64,000 bases of DNA from Scyliorhinus canicula (lineage: Eukaryota): NCBI RefSeq assembly GCF_902713615.1, contig NC_052158.1, forward strand, positions 153,033,400 to 153,097,399. The letters are read 5' to 3'. The notes below the pieces were generated by a model. It ran no database searches. It was not told where the DNA came from and was given only the letters and a program-made list of their open reading frames with translations. Below, piece by piece: positions 37,357 to 50,800 of this stretch (position 1 is its first letter; each line of letters opens with the position of its first letter). The position numbers and the translations under genes are program-made.

Positions 37357-37690
37357 GGGCAGCACGGTCGCACAAGTGGATAGCACTGTGGCTTCACAGT
37401 GCCAGGATCCCAGTTTCGATTCCCTGCTGGGTCAGAGTCTGTGCGGAGTCTGCATATTCTCCCCGTGTCTGCGTGGGTTTCCTCCGGGTGCTCCGGTTTC
37501 CTCCCACAGTCCAAAGACATGCAAGTTATGTCGATTGGCCATGATAAATTGCCCTTAGTGACCAGAAAAAAGGTTAGGAGGGGTTATTGGGTTACAGGGA
37601 TAGGGTGGAAGTGAGGGCTTAAGTGGGCCGGCGCAGACTCGAGGGGCCGAATGGCCTCCTTCTGCACTGTATGTTCTATGCTCTATGTTC
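37357..37690 (+). mobile_element. HE1/V-SINE, CR1 tail, ending ~70 nt before gene B exon 3
   Basis: Family consensus. Confidence 0.85.
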
Positions 37691-37760
37691 GATGATTGAA
37701 AAATGTGTTGGAAGTACCACTATGATCCTTGTAATGCAATTCCTTTTACCTGTGCTGCAG

Positions 37761-38594
37761 GTGAGTTACTTTTCCACCTGTGCTTGTCTCAGCAACAGAG
37801 AAGAATTTCCAACATTTTATAGAACGATACCGAGTGACTATCATCAGTCCAAATTTTTAGCTCAAATTGTGAATAAATTCGGATGGACTTGGATTGGAGC
37901 AATTAGAATCAACAATGATTACGGAAATTTTGGAATGCAGGCATTTATAGAAACTGTGGAGAAGTTGGGAGTCTGTATCGCCTTCTCTGAGTCCTTTTAC
38001 AGGACTGACCCCAGGGAGAAAATACTTCAAATTGTCGAGGTCATTAAGAAATCCAGCACGAAAGTGATAGTGGCCTTTTCTGCCACGCGGGAAATGCGCA
38101 TTCTGTTGAAGGAACTTTTACGGCAGAATGTCACTGACATTCAGTGGATCGGTAGCGAAGCGTGGGTCACGTCAGACATTCTGGCGCCAGAAGACAACGT
38201 TAAAATTCTGGTGGGAACAATCGGGCCGGCAATTCGCCGGTCAGAAATACCGGGACTAAGAGACTTTCTGCTTAACGTTAACCCTTTGCCGGTTCCTGAT
38301 AACGTTCTGGTGAAAGAGTTCTGGGAAACGGCATTCCGATGTAGTTTAAATCCAGGAAACGTGACAAGCCAAGCAAACTATTGGGCGGAAATGCGGCGAT
38401 GTACAGGAAAAGAGCGTTTAGACGGCCTACAGAATGCATATTCTGATCTAGGGATAGACGGGTCTACCTACAATGTATACAAAGCAGTGTATACTTTAGC
38501 CCACGCGTTTCACAATATGTTTGCATGTGAACATGGTAAAGGACCATTTGCAAATAAAACTTGCGTGCAGTACCCCAATTTCCAGCCGTGGCAG
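37761..38594 (+). CDS. V2R/OlfC-like gene B, exon 3
   Basis: ctgcAG|GTGAGTTAC; VSYFSTCACLS..RTIPSD..NDYG..WIGSEAW..YNVYKAVY..PWQ|GTAAGA; 834 nt. Confidence 0.96.
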
Positions 38595-38655
38595 GTAAGA
38601 AGGTTCCACGTTTCCATTCTATGTTTGCATGAACGTTAAACATGGGGATTAAACT

Positions 38656-38826
38656 GGGGCTGTTTAGCACACTGGGCTAAATCGCTGGCTTTGAAAGCAG
38701 ACCAAGGCAGGCCAGCAGCACGGTTCGATTCCCGTAACAGGCGCCGGAATGTGGCGACTAGGGGCTTTTCACAGTAACTTCATTGAAGCCTACTTGTGAT
38801 AATAAGCAATTTTCATTTCATTTCAT
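38656..38826 (+). mobile_element. Short tRNA-SINE in intron 3 of gene B
   Basis: Family consensus. Confidence 0.85.
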
Positions 38827-38960
38827 AATTGAATAAATCGGAATTCATATGCGATTACCATAGTATATCACTTAAACTATCAGAGCAATGTTTTAGGATC
38901 TGCACGTTAATGTTTGAATTTTTATTTGAATGTCCAATTATTCTTTCTATTCTACACAAG

Positions 38961-39188
38961 GTACTATATTATATGCAATCAGTAAATTTCAGAACAAAGA
39001 ACGGTGACAATGTTTATTTTGACGAGCATGGAGACCCAGTCGGTACATACGATTTAGTAAACTGGCAACTTAATTCCAAAGGAATTGCTCAAATCCAGGC
39101 CATTGGCTATTACGACGGATCCGCATCTCCCGGACAAGAAGTTGTGTTAAATGGAAGACCTATAGTCTGGCGCGGAGGCCAAAGTGAG
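38961..39188 (+). CDS. V2R/OlfC-like gene B, exon 4
   Basis: cacaAG|GTACTATATTATATG; VLYYMQSVNF..VYFDEHGDP..YDLVNWQ; GAG|GTATGG; 228 nt. Confidence 0.94.
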
Positions 39189-39915
39189 GTATGGTTATGA
39201 AGACAATAAGAAACTTCCATTCTACAGCAACGCTGGGCGTATTTATCATATCCGTTCTACAATTCCCGCCAACAATGGCACACCAGTACTGTACTGTATT
39301 ATCGTCTTCTAAATTCTTTAACAAATGCATGCGGCGATTATCTTTTCAAACCACCCGTAACTTCTCGTACCTGGTTGTGAACAGTTTTGTAGACGATGCC
39401 GGGGTAAAATGGCAAAGGAGGAGCGTGGTGACTCACAGTTACACCCGTTCACTGATTTCCATGGCCGGAATTATTTGCATTTAGCTGTATTTGTTCTGCC
39501 GTTTGTTTATGAAAAGTTCCAGAGCTATTGTTGGAATGTTAGAGAAAAATACCAGACATAGAACTCCCTTCCTCTGGTTGATTCGCTTAATCAGATCCTA
39601 TTTCTTCAGCCTCTCCTAGCCTGTTATAATTCTCCTTTCCAAACCCTAGCATATTAGATATGTAAATGTTGCGATACCTCGGGTTGAATAATCATTTGAC
39701 GTATAGTGTTCATGCTGTAATCAACTTCTTACGTGAAAACACATTTCTTTTAACTTCTCATCTCCCTCCGGTGATAATCCAGACCGTTTATGCTCAGTTA
39801 CCGATTCGTTATTCAGTGAGAAAGGTAATATTTTCCCTCTCAATAGCTTACATATTAAAGAAATATTTTAATTTAAATATCACCTTTCACGTCCACATGA
39901 TGCCCCAAAGCGTTT

Positions 39916-40095
39916 TGAAATGAAATGAAAATGAAAATCACTTATTGTCACGAGTAGGCTTCAATGAAGTTACTGTGAAAAGTACCTAGTCGCCACATTC
40001 CGGCGCCTGTCCGGGGAGGCTGGTGCGGGAATCGAACCGTGCTGCTGGTCTGCTTTAAAGGCCAGCGATTTAGCCTGGTGAGCTAAACCAGCCCC
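39916..40095 (-). mobile_element. Short tRNA-SINE
   Basis: Family consensus. Confidence 0.85.
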
Positions 40096-40239
40096 TGTTT
40101 TACAGCCAATTAAGTGAATCCGCCCTCGGAAAAGATGTTGATTGATGGATAAATATTGGCCAAGGCATGGGGCTAACTTCTCGACCCTTCTTCAACAGAG
40201 TGCTCCTGTGGTTAGTTTGTAGAAGTCCACCTCAACACC

Positions 40240-42270
40240 TTTGTGGTGATTGGAGGTCAATCATCTCAGGTTCAGCCTACTGGGCTGTTAATGCAGGAGG
40301 CCTTCATGGTAGTGTCCTGGACCGAGCCGTCTCCAACTGCTTTATCAATGACCATCCTTTCATCATAATGTCGGATTTGGGTGTTGGCTGATGTTTGTAC
40401 AATGTTCAAGGCCATTTGAGACTCACCGGATACTGAAGCAGTCCATGTACAAATGCTAAAAACCCTGCACAATATTCAGGCTTCGCTTACAACAGAGGAA
40501 GGTTATGTTGGAATAGTGTAGAACTTGGTGAGGTCACATCTGGAGCACTGTGTGCAATTCTGGTCGCCACATTATAGGAAGGATGTGATTGAACTGGAGG
40601 GGGATGCAGAAGCGATTCACCAGGATGTTGCCTGGGATGGAATGTTTAAGTTGTGAAGAGAGGTTGGATAGGCTTTTTGCTGGAGCAGAGAAGACTGAGG
40701 GTGACCTGATCAAGTTGTACAAGATTATAAGGGGCATGGGCATGGTGGATAGGGAGCAGCTGTTCCATTAGTTGAAGAGGTAGTAATGAGGGGACAAAAG
40801 TTCAATTGAGGGGCAGGAGGTTAAGGGAGATTTGAGGAAAAACCTTTTTATCCCTCCCTGATAGCATTGTGTGCAGTTTAGGTCTCCTTTTCTGAGGAAG
40901 GATGTTCTTGCTCTCGAGCGCGTGCAACAGAGGTTTACCAGACTGACTTGAGGGATGGCGTGACTGTCATATGAGGAGAGATTGACTAGGTTGGGATTGT
41001 TCTCGCTGGAGTTCAGAAGAATGGGGGGGGGGATCTCATAGAGACTTTAAAATTCTAACAGGACTAGACAGGATAGATGCAGGGAAGATGTTCCCAATGG
41101 TGGGTATGTCCAGAACCAGGGGTCACAGTCTGAGGATTCAGAGTAAACTATTTTGAACAAAGATGAGGACACATTTCTTCACCCAAAGAGTTTTGAGCCT
41201 GTGGAATTCATTACCACAGAAAGTAGTTGATGCGAAAACATTGAATATATTTGAGGCGGCCGGATAGCACTTGGGGACAATGGGATCAAAGACTATGGGA
41301 AGAAAGCAGGATTAGGCTATTGAGTTGGATGATCAGCCATGATTGTGATGAATGGTGGAGCATGCTCGAAGGGCCAAAAGTCCTCCTCCTGCTCTTATCT
41401 TCTATGTGTCTATGTATCTATGTATCCAGTGGGTGGTGACGGACTGGAATGCATTGCCTGGGAGGGTGGAAGAGGCGGGTTGCCTCACATCCTTTATGAA
41501 GTACCTGTTTTAGCACTTGGCACGTCATAACATAATAATAATCTTTATTGTCACAAGAAGGTTTACATTATCACTGCAATGCATACGGGACATTGGCCAA
41601 GTGCTGGGGAATGGGATTAGGTAAACAGGTCAGGTGCTTTTCATGTGTCAGTGCAGACTCGATGAGCCAAATGGCCTCTTCTGCACTGTATTATTCTGTG
41701 ATTCTGTGTAATTTGCCTGAGAAGTGGCAAATAACATTCTGCCACACACGTGCCAGGCAATGACTATCTCCAGCAAGAGTGAATGTAACCATCATCCCTG
41801 GACATTCGATAGCATTACCATTGCCTTGATGAGCAGTTCTAACAATGCTTAAGCAACATAAAACCATCCAGGACAAAGTAGCCGGCTTGATTGGCACCCC
41901 TTCCACAAACATTCATCCTTCCATCACCAACAAACAGTAGCAGCAGTGTGTACCATCTAAAAAATGCACTGCAAGAATTCACCAAGGCCCCGAAGTCTGC
42001 ACTTTTCCAACCCGCGAGCACTACCATCTAGATGCACAAGGTTAGCAGACATAAGGGGAAAGCACCCCTCCAAGCCACTCACCATTCTCACTTGAAAATA
42101 TATCGCCATTCCTTCACTGTCGGTGAAACTCCCTCCCAGAATTTTGGAACTCCCTCCCTAACAGCACTGTGGCTATACCTACACCACAGGGACTGCAGTG
42201 TTTCAAGAAGGCAGCTCACCACCACCTTCTCAAGGGCAATTAGGGATGGGAAATAAATACTGGCATAACC
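40240..42270 (+). mobile_element. Nested CR1-group fragments in intron 4 of gene B
   Basis: MQKRFTRMLPGME..GDLIKLYKII; at least three nested 3' fragments with microsatellite tails. Confidence 0.7.
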
Positions 42271-43076
42271 CATAAATGCATTTTAAAAATAGACCGGAGA
42301 AGGCAGGTGGGCTACAATCATCTAGTCAGGTGGAGCCTATTTCATCACAGTGTTGAATTGTACCTCGGAAAGGCTTTGGCACTCATGAGGTGAGTTACTC
42401 ACCACCGCATACTCAGCTGCTGACGTAATTATGTAGCTACAATGTTAATGTGGCCGGTAGAGTTAAATTCTGTTCAATGGCGACCTTCAGGATGCTGATT
42501 GGAAACGACACTGAATGATAAGAGGTGTAAAACTCTGGTTAGAAGTGGACATTGCCTGCCACTTGTGTGGCGGGAATGTTATTTGTCACTGATAAGCCCA
42601 AACTGGAATGTTGACGTCTTGCTGCATGTGGGCATGGACTACTTCATCATCTGAGGGGTAGTGAGCAGAACTGATTGTTGTACAATTATCAGAGACAATT
42701 CTCACTTCTGAACTTATTATGGGGGGAAGGTCACTGAAGAAGCAGCCAACGTCCAATGGTTGTAGGGCATGGCCCCGAGAAAGCCTTGCAGCAATGCAAC
42801 ACGTTATCAACCTTTCTCGTCAGCCCCGTTATTCCTCTATCTGCGTTTGTTATTCGCTGTCTACTTTTGTTTAATATTAACTGCTGAGAAGTTCCTTGTA
42901 ATATTTTATCCTGTTAAAGGCGACATGTAAGTGCAAGTTATTGAGTTACTGTAGTTTTTATTGTAGCTATTGCTTGCCCCCCCCCCCCCCCCCCCCATGC
43001 TGAGAATCGTGTCCCAGTCAGAGGTCAACTGGACCTTAACTGCTGGCAATGAGTCAATTTAAGTTTCAGCCCATGC

Positions 43077-43297
43077 CAGCACGGTGGCGCAGTGGGTTAG
43101 CCCTACAGCCTCACGGCGCCGAGGTCCCACGTTCGATCCCGGTTCTGGGTCACTGTCCGTGTGGAGTTTGCATATTTTCCCCGTGTTTGCGTGGGTTTCG
43201 CCCCCACAGCCCAAAGATATGCAGGCTAGGTGGATTGGCCACGCTAAATTGTCCCTTAATTAGAAAAAGCGAATTGGGTACTCTAAATTTTAAAAAA
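43077..43297 (+). mobile_element. V-SINE, poly(A) variant with 16-bp TSD
   Basis: TSD AAGTTT(C/T)AGCCCATGC at 43061-43076 and 43298-43313; TTT/AAG target. Confidence 0.88.
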
Positions 43298-43523
43298 AAG
43301 TTTTAGCCCATGCTTCATGTTCTTTTTAAAAATTTCTTTCAATGTAAAATTGGAAGCCAATGTGCTCATCTCTCGGTTGGCTGTCTATGTTGAACAATGT
43401 CCAGGCTCAAACATAACAATATGTATGGTTTATAGTTTTACTATGTACATCTCAGTATGTTTCCATATATATATATGTATAAATATAATTAACGCCACAA
43501 TATGTTGTCCCCCTTATCGCCAG

Positions 43524-43647
43524 GTTCCTCTTGCAGTTTGTTCTGAAAGTTGTCCACTTGGTACAAGAAAGTTTGTTCGGAAAGGACAGCCCATCTGTTG
43601 CTTTGATTGTACGTCATGTTCTGAGGGGGAAATTAGTAATATCACAG
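43524..43647 (+). CDS. V2R/OlfC-like gene B, exon 5
   Basis: cgccAG|GTTCCT; [37 protein letters not shown]; G|GTGTGT; 124 nt. Confidence 0.95.
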
Positions 43648-43745
43648 GTGTGTTTCAACATGATTGATAGTTCATTGCATCCACTGCAAAGAGTTTTAGC
43701 AAATTATGCAATCTTCAACTTTGCATTTTAATTGCTTCCTCTTAG

Positions 43746-44659
43746 ATTCGATTGACTGTATCAAGTGCCCGATGGAGTACTGGCCCAATGTGTCGAGAGA
43801 TAAATGCGTGCCAAAAGGAATTGAGTTTCTGTCTTATACTGAGATCTTGGGAATTGTATTGACAACACTTGCGTTGGCTGGAATCTGCATAGCTTTGGCA
43901 ATAGCAATCGTTTTCGTGAAGTATAAAGACACTCCGATCGTGAAGGCAAACAACTCGGAACTGAGCTTCCTTCTGCTTTTTGCAATAGCCCTTTGCTTTT
44001 TGTGTTCCCTCACATTCATTGGGCAACCGACGCTTTGGTCATGTATGTTACGTCGCACCGCATTTGGTATTTCCTTTGTTCTATGTATTTCCTGCATTTT
44101 GGTTAAAACAATTATTGTGCTCATGGTTTTCAAGACGAGGATTCCAAATCAAAGCATGATGAAACGTTTTGGCGCCAAACAGCAGCGCTTAAGCGTTTTT
44201 GTCCTCACATTCATTCAAGGTTTAATAAGTGCTCTGTGGTTGGTTATCGCACCCCCGTTTCCCATGAAGAACACCCGATATTATAAAGACGTACTCATCT
44301 TGGAATGCGACACGGGATCTGTCACTGCCTTTTATCTGGTTTCTGTTTATATTGGGACTCTTTCTTGCGTCTGCTTTGTGCTTGCGTTTTTAGCAAGAAA
44401 GCTGCCTGATAATTTCAATGAGGCAAAATTTATAACTTTCAGCATGCTGACGTTTTGTGCCGTTTGGATAGCTTTCATCCCGGCCTACGCGAGCTCTCCT
44501 GGAAAATATACGACCGCTTCAGAAATCTTTGCTATCCTGACATCTAATTTCGGATTACTGCTTTGTATTTTTGTTCCAAAATGTTACGTTGTCTTGCTGA
44601 AACCCGAAAATAATACAAAAAAGTTTTTGATGGGTAAAGAACCTTCAAAGAAACTGTAG
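43746..44659 (+). CDS. V2R/OlfC-like gene B, exon 6 (7TM to stop); joined CDS 2607 nt, ~868 aa
   Basis: ctcttAG|ATTCG; [53 protein letters not shown]; TAG ends 44659; all exon phases join in frame. Confidence 0.96.
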
Positions 44660-45019
44660 CCAAGCTCACTGTGGGGGCTCTTGCGATTTTCAATCTATTA
44701 TTCTGATTATAAATGGTTGAAATTTAAGTCAAGTAATCGCTAAGTTAAGACGTATTGATAGTGAAGAACATAGAAGATGCCAAGTTCATTAATTACTGAC
44801 ATTTTATATTATTTGCCAATTATTATTTGTTTATTAAACGCCTTGAACAATACCTGAGGAGTGTAATAGTAATTGCTTACACGACATGATTGGCTATTAT
44901 GCAATTAAATTTAACAGTATTTACTCATATTATTTTACAACGGAAATAATTACTGAAAAGGGTAAATATAATATAATGATCACTGCATAACAGTCACCAA
45001 TGTTTGTATTCATTGAAGA

Positions 45020-46840
45020 GATGTGGGCTTCCTGGCTAGGCCAGCATTCATTGCCCACCCCTAATTGCTCTTGAGAAAGTGGTGTTGAGCTGCCATCTTG
45101 AACCGCTGCAGTCCATGTGACAGGTACACCCACAGTGCTGTTAAGGAATGAGTTTGGCCTGATGATATTGAAGGAACAGCAATATATTTACAAGACAGGA
45201 GGTGGCTTGAGGCATACAAAATTATGAGGGGCATAGACAGGGTGGATAGTCAGAGACTTTTCCCCAGGGTAGAGGGGTAAATTACTAGGGGCATAGGTTT
45301 AAGTTGCGAGGAGCAAGGTTTAGAAGAGATGTACGAGGCAAGCATTTTACATAGAGGTAGTGGAAGCAGGGACGATAGGGACATTTAAGGGTCATCTTGA
45401 CAAATATATGAATAGGATGAGAATAGAGGGATATGGACCCCGGAAGTGTAGAAGATTTTAGTTTAGACAGGCAGCATGGTCGGCGCAGGCTTGGAGGGCC
45501 GAAGGGCCTGTTCCTGTGCTGTACTTTCCTTTGTTCTTTGTTCTAATTTCTAGGTGGTGTTCACATGTATCTGTTGTCCTTGTCCTTCTAGATGGTAGTG
45601 GCCGTGTGTTTGGAAGGATTTGGTTTTGTTTATTGTCACGTGTACCGAGGTATAGTGAAATGTTCGGCGTGCAGCTCAAATACATCATTTAGTACATGAA
45701 AAGAAAATACAGGTGCAGTCTAAGGAGCATTGGTGAGTTCTTGCAGTGCATCTTGTAGATGGTACATGCGGCTGCTATTGTGCATCAGTGGTGGAGGGAG
45801 TGACTGATTGGGTAAAGGATGCCAATCCAGTGGGATGTTTTGTCTTGTATGGTGTAAACCTTCTTATTGGAGCTGCACTCATCCAACCAAGTGGGAGTAT
45901 TATATCACACTCCTGACTTGTGCCTTATAGATTCTGGACAGGCATTGGGGAGTCAGGAGTTGAATTACTCACGGCAGGATTCCCAACCTCTGCGTTGCCC
46001 TGGTAGCCACAATATTGATATAGCTAGTTCAGTTCAGTTTATGGTCAATGCTATCCCCCAAGATGTTGATAGCATGGGATTCAGTGATGCCAATGCCATT
46101 GAACATCAAGGTTTGATTCTCGCGTATTGGAGATGTTCATTGCCTGGCACATGTGTGGTCTGAGGGTTACTTACCATGTGTCAGTTGAAGCCTGAATATT
46201 ATCCATGTTTTGTTGAGTTGGACATGGACTGCTTCAATATCTGAGGAGACACGAATAGTGTTGAACTTGTTCAATCATCAGCGAACATCGTTACTTCCGA
46301 CCTCATGTTAGAAGGAAGGTCATTGATGAAAATATTGGGTCAAGAACACTATTCTGAGGAACTCCTGCAATAATGACCTTGCGCTCAGATGACTGACTTC
46401 CAACCAGCACAACCATCTTACTTTGAGCTAGACTCCAACTAGCAGAGAGTTCTTCCCTGGTTTCCATTGACTCCAGTTTTATTAGGGTCCCTGGATACCA
46501 TACTCGGTCAAATCAGACCTTGATATGAAGGGCAGTCACTCGCACCTCACCTCTGGAGTTCAGCTCTTTTGTCCATGTTTGAACGAAGGCTGTGATGGGG
46601 TCAGGAGCTGAGTTACCCTCGCGGAACCCAAACTGAAAGTTAGAAAACAGATTATTGCTAATCAAGTGCCGCTTTATTGCTAATCAAATGCCACTTTATT
46701 GCATTGTTGATGCCCCAATCCTTTACTGATGATCGAAAGTAGATTGATTGGCTGGTAATTGGTCGGGTTGAATTTGTCCTTTATTTTGTTTACCGGACAC
46801 ACTTGGGCAATGTCCCATATTGGATGCCAGTGTTGTAGCT
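45020..46840 (-). mobile_element. Old CR1-group LINE (host of later insertions; resumes at 47689-47872 and 54114-54730)
   Basis: Reverse complement of the family at 28.5-30.3 kb; contains a plus-strand CR1 tail (45210-45545) and a Rex1 tail (45615-45710). Confidence 0.6.
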
Positions 46841-47450
46841 TGTTAAGATCCCAGTTGATGTTATATCAAGTCGGAAAGATCTCAGAATAGAACCCTGGCT
46901 CAAAAGGTCGTAACGTTTTTAAAAATATAAAACGTGCAAGAACTGATTCACAGGACCTCGAATTAGTTTTAACAACAAGGAAAAACGTTTAATAAGCACG
47001 AAGAAATGGATTCTAATATATAAGCCTTTACTCCACCATTATCTTAACAAGTACACACAGATGTTAGTATTAACACAGATTACAAAGTACATCTTCATCT
47101 ACAATGATTTCATAAGCACAAAATCCCTTTTAAGCACACAAAATGATTGTGGAAAAATATACTTTCCACTTTGAACCCCAAGTGTATGTTTGTGGATGTC
47201 TTCTCCGTATCTTTCCTGATGCTTGTCACGTGAGAGTTTGCAAACTCTACTCCCAAAAAACACGCTTTTAAATCATCTGCATACTTTCCCTCAGCAGCTT
47301 GCATTCCCAAACCAGACCAAATTTTCTAAATGACACAGTCAAACATATCTTCCACTCCACTTTTATCAAGAAATTCCCTTCCCATCTGCCGCACTGCAGT
47401 GTTGCAGACATGTTCTTTTGGTGTCGTCCTGCTTAGTCTATAGTGATGCT
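46841..47450. mobile_element. Truncated LTR (A), related to LTR B
   Basis: Begins TGTTAAG; shares cagaat.g.accctggctcaaaag and later blocks with 47873 onward. Confidence 0.55.
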
Positions 47451-47872
47451 ACCGACTGGATCTCTGAATACTGACGGAAGAATTGTAAATCTGGACGAGG
47501 AACCATGTTGGGAACAGCTGAGGAAAAGTATTGTGTGAAAGGAGATTTTAAGGCATGTCTTATTGAGAGTGGAGTTTGAATCACTCGTATGGAAACCAGG
47601 ATGCAGTGGGATAATTTGCTGATTGTGCAAAAAATCATCTGGGGGGTTTAAGGAGAAATTCACAGAACTGCACTTCATTTCAGAGTGATTGGTGATGGAC
47701 ATTGAAGTCACACAACCAGAGTACATTCTGCAAACTTGCCACTCTGAGTACTCCATACAAGAGGTGTCCAACATGGAGGGGTATTGATTCATCAGCTAAG
47801 AGGGGTGGGAGTAGGGCGCATTATGTTGTAATCAGTAGGAGGCTTCCTTTCCTAGTTTGTTCTGATGTTATG

Positions 47873-50800
47873 TGTTATGCTCTAAATCGTTGTTACTACA
47901 GGGAGGCAAGGTCCCAGAATGGGACCCTGGCTCAAAAGACTTTACTTTTTCTTTGGAAAAGGTGGATGAACAGAGAGCTATCAACAAAAGCATTTCTGAA
48001 ACATACAACGTTTGACAATAATACAATACTCTTTCATTCCCATTTATCTTCACTAATGCAAACAGATTTTAAGGAAAACACAGCTGACAAAATATATGTC
48101 ATGCCGTAATATTACCAGCAAACACACAGTCCCTTTTAGCTCACAGGCTTATTGTGATCAGACATACTTCACTCTGAAATGAAGTGAACTTCTGTGAATT
48201 TCTCCTTAAACCCCCCAGATGATTTTTACACAATCAGCAAATTATCCCACTGCATCCTGCTTTCCATACGAGTGATTCCAAACTCCAGTCTCAAGAAGAC
48301 ATGCCTTAAAATCTTCTTCACACTTCCGGTGGTGGCAATGCAGAGCTAAGCCGCACATTTGGCAGCTCCCGCTGAAAACGGACTTTGGGTCTCTTTTTAG
48401 GGCCCCAAACGGAACTTTACCGGCAAATCCCGACGTGGGAAGAGGACAGGAGTCGACCCCTACAGTCCTATGGTCCAGACCAGGAGTGGGGTAAGGAGAA
48501 AAACAGAGAAAGCACCCCTGGAAAAGCGGGGAAAGAAAGACAAAATGGCGGCTGGCGGAGGCCCGGAGGACTGGAGGCAGTGGCCGCAGGAGCAGCAGGC
48601 GGCTCTGCTGCACTGCTTCCAGGAGCTTAAGGTGGAGCTGCTGGAGTCATTGAAGGTAACCACCAGGGAGCTGATGGAGACCCAGACAGCCCAGGGGGCT
48701 GCGATCTGGGAGCTGCAGAAGCAGGCCTCCTAAAGGGAGGATGAGGCCGTGGCCATTGCGGGGAAGGTGGAGATGCACGAGGCACTCCATAAAAGATAGC
48801 AGGAGCGGTTCGAGGAGCTGGACAACCGGTCGAGGCGGAAGAATTTGCGTATCCTGGGCCTCACGGAGGGGCTGGAGGGGTCGGACCTGGTGGCCTATGT
48901 GGTTGTTATGATGAACTCGATGATGGGGGCTGGGTCCTTCCAGGGGCCCCTGGAGTTAGAGGGGGCCCACAGAATTCTGGCTAGGAGGCCCAAGCCGAAC
49001 GAGCCGTAGTGTTGGTGCGGTTTCATCAGTTCGTGGATCATGAGTGTGTGCTCCGGTGGGCCAAGAAGGAGCGGAGCAGCAAGTGGGAGAACACGGAGGT
49101 GCGGATCTTCCAGGACTGGAGTGCGGAGGTGGCGAAGCGGAGGGCCGGGTTTAACCGGACGAAGGCGGTGCTCCACAGACAGAGTGTGAAGTTCGGCATG
49201 TTGCAGCCGGCGCGTCTGTGGGTCACCTATAAGGATCGGCACCATTATTCTGAGTCCCCGGAGGAGGCTTGGGCCTTTGTGCAGGCCGAGAAATTGGACT
49301 CAAACTGAGGGTCTAAGATTGGGGATGCTGTATAATACTGTACTTTTTTATTTGCTTGGTTTAATGTAAGATGTGGGTTGGCCTTAGGGTGGGTGGGGTG
49401 ATGTTGATATGTCTTTTCTGTATGGGTTTTTCTGTAGGGGTCTGGTGGACGGGTTCGGGCAGGGGGGTAAACGGGGAGTTTGGGGAGCTGGTGTGGGGGA
49501 CTGACAATGGGAGTTGCCCTAGAGGAGGCGGGTCTGGGCAGGGTGAACGCGCGGGCTTTTCTCGGGTTTCCCGCGCTGGGAGATGGTGGGGGCGGAGTCG
49601 GGGCTGAGAAGTGCGGGTCGTTGCTGGCTGTTTTCTTTTCCCACGCAAGAGCGGGGGGGGGGGGAGGAGGAGGACCCGTTGATGGGCACGATGGAGGAGG
49701 GGCAGTCCCACGTGGGGAGGAGTCGGAGGTAGGGCGGGAGTCGCCGGGGTCAGCAGAAGTTAGCTGGCTCACGGGAGTGCTATGGAGGGAGGGGCGCGGC
49801 TAGGAGAGGTCCTAGCCTTGGGTGGGGGGGGGGGGGGGGTACCGGGTTGCTGCTGAAATGGTCAGGAAGGAGCTGGAGGATGCAGGAGGTGCTGGAAGGG
49901 GGGAGTTGCCGCCGTGGGGAACTGGCAGAGCGGGGGACGCTGGCTGGTGGTGGGCGAGGGATGGGTTATAGCTAATCGGCAGGGAAGGGGGGCAGGGAGC
50001 CCTCTGATCCGACTGATAACCTGGAATGTGAGGGGGCTGAATGGGCCGGAGTGGTGGACCAGGTTCGGCTGAGGAAGGGATGGGTGGGCCAAGTATTTCA
50101 CTCAGGGCTGGATGAGAAGAGTAGGGGGGTGGCGATCTTGGTGGGAAGAAGGTGTCGTTTGAGGTGTTAAATGTGGTGGCTGACAGTGGCGGGAGATATG
50201 TGATGGTGAGTGGTAAGCTGCAGGGGGAGCGGGTGGTGTTGGTGAATGTTTACGTCCCAAATTGGGACGATGCGGGGTTTATGCGGCGTATGTTGGGCCG
50301 CATTCCGGACCTGGAGGTGGGGGGCCTGACCATGGGGGGGACTTCAACACGGTACTGGATCCCCCATTGGATCAATCCAAGTCCCGGACGGGTAGGAGGC
50401 CGGCAGCGGCTAAGGTGTTGAGGGGATTTATGGACCAGATTGGGGGGGGTGGATCCCTGGAGGTTTGTGAGGCCAAGGGCCAGGGAGTACTCGTTTTTCT
50501 CCCACGTACATAAGGCCTATTCGAGGATTGATTTCTTTGTCCTGAGCAGGGGGCTGGTTTCGAGGGTGGAGGATGTGGAATACCCCGCCATTGCCATTTC
50601 AGATCATGCCCTGCACTGGGTGGACCTCGGGCTGGGGGAAGGGAGGGACCAACGTCCGCTCTGGCGCTTGGAGGTGGGGCTGCTGGCAGATGAGGAGGTG
50701 GCCGAGAGGGTTCGGGGGTGTATCGAGAGGTACCAATGAAACGGGGCGGTCCGAGTTGGGACGGTCTGGGAGACATTGAAGGCGGTGACTAGAGGGGAAT

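Noticed and set aside
42977-42996. Isolated poly-C/poly-G runs as functional elements
   Set aside because: Frequent throughout, mostly inside repeats; lengths unreliable in assemblies
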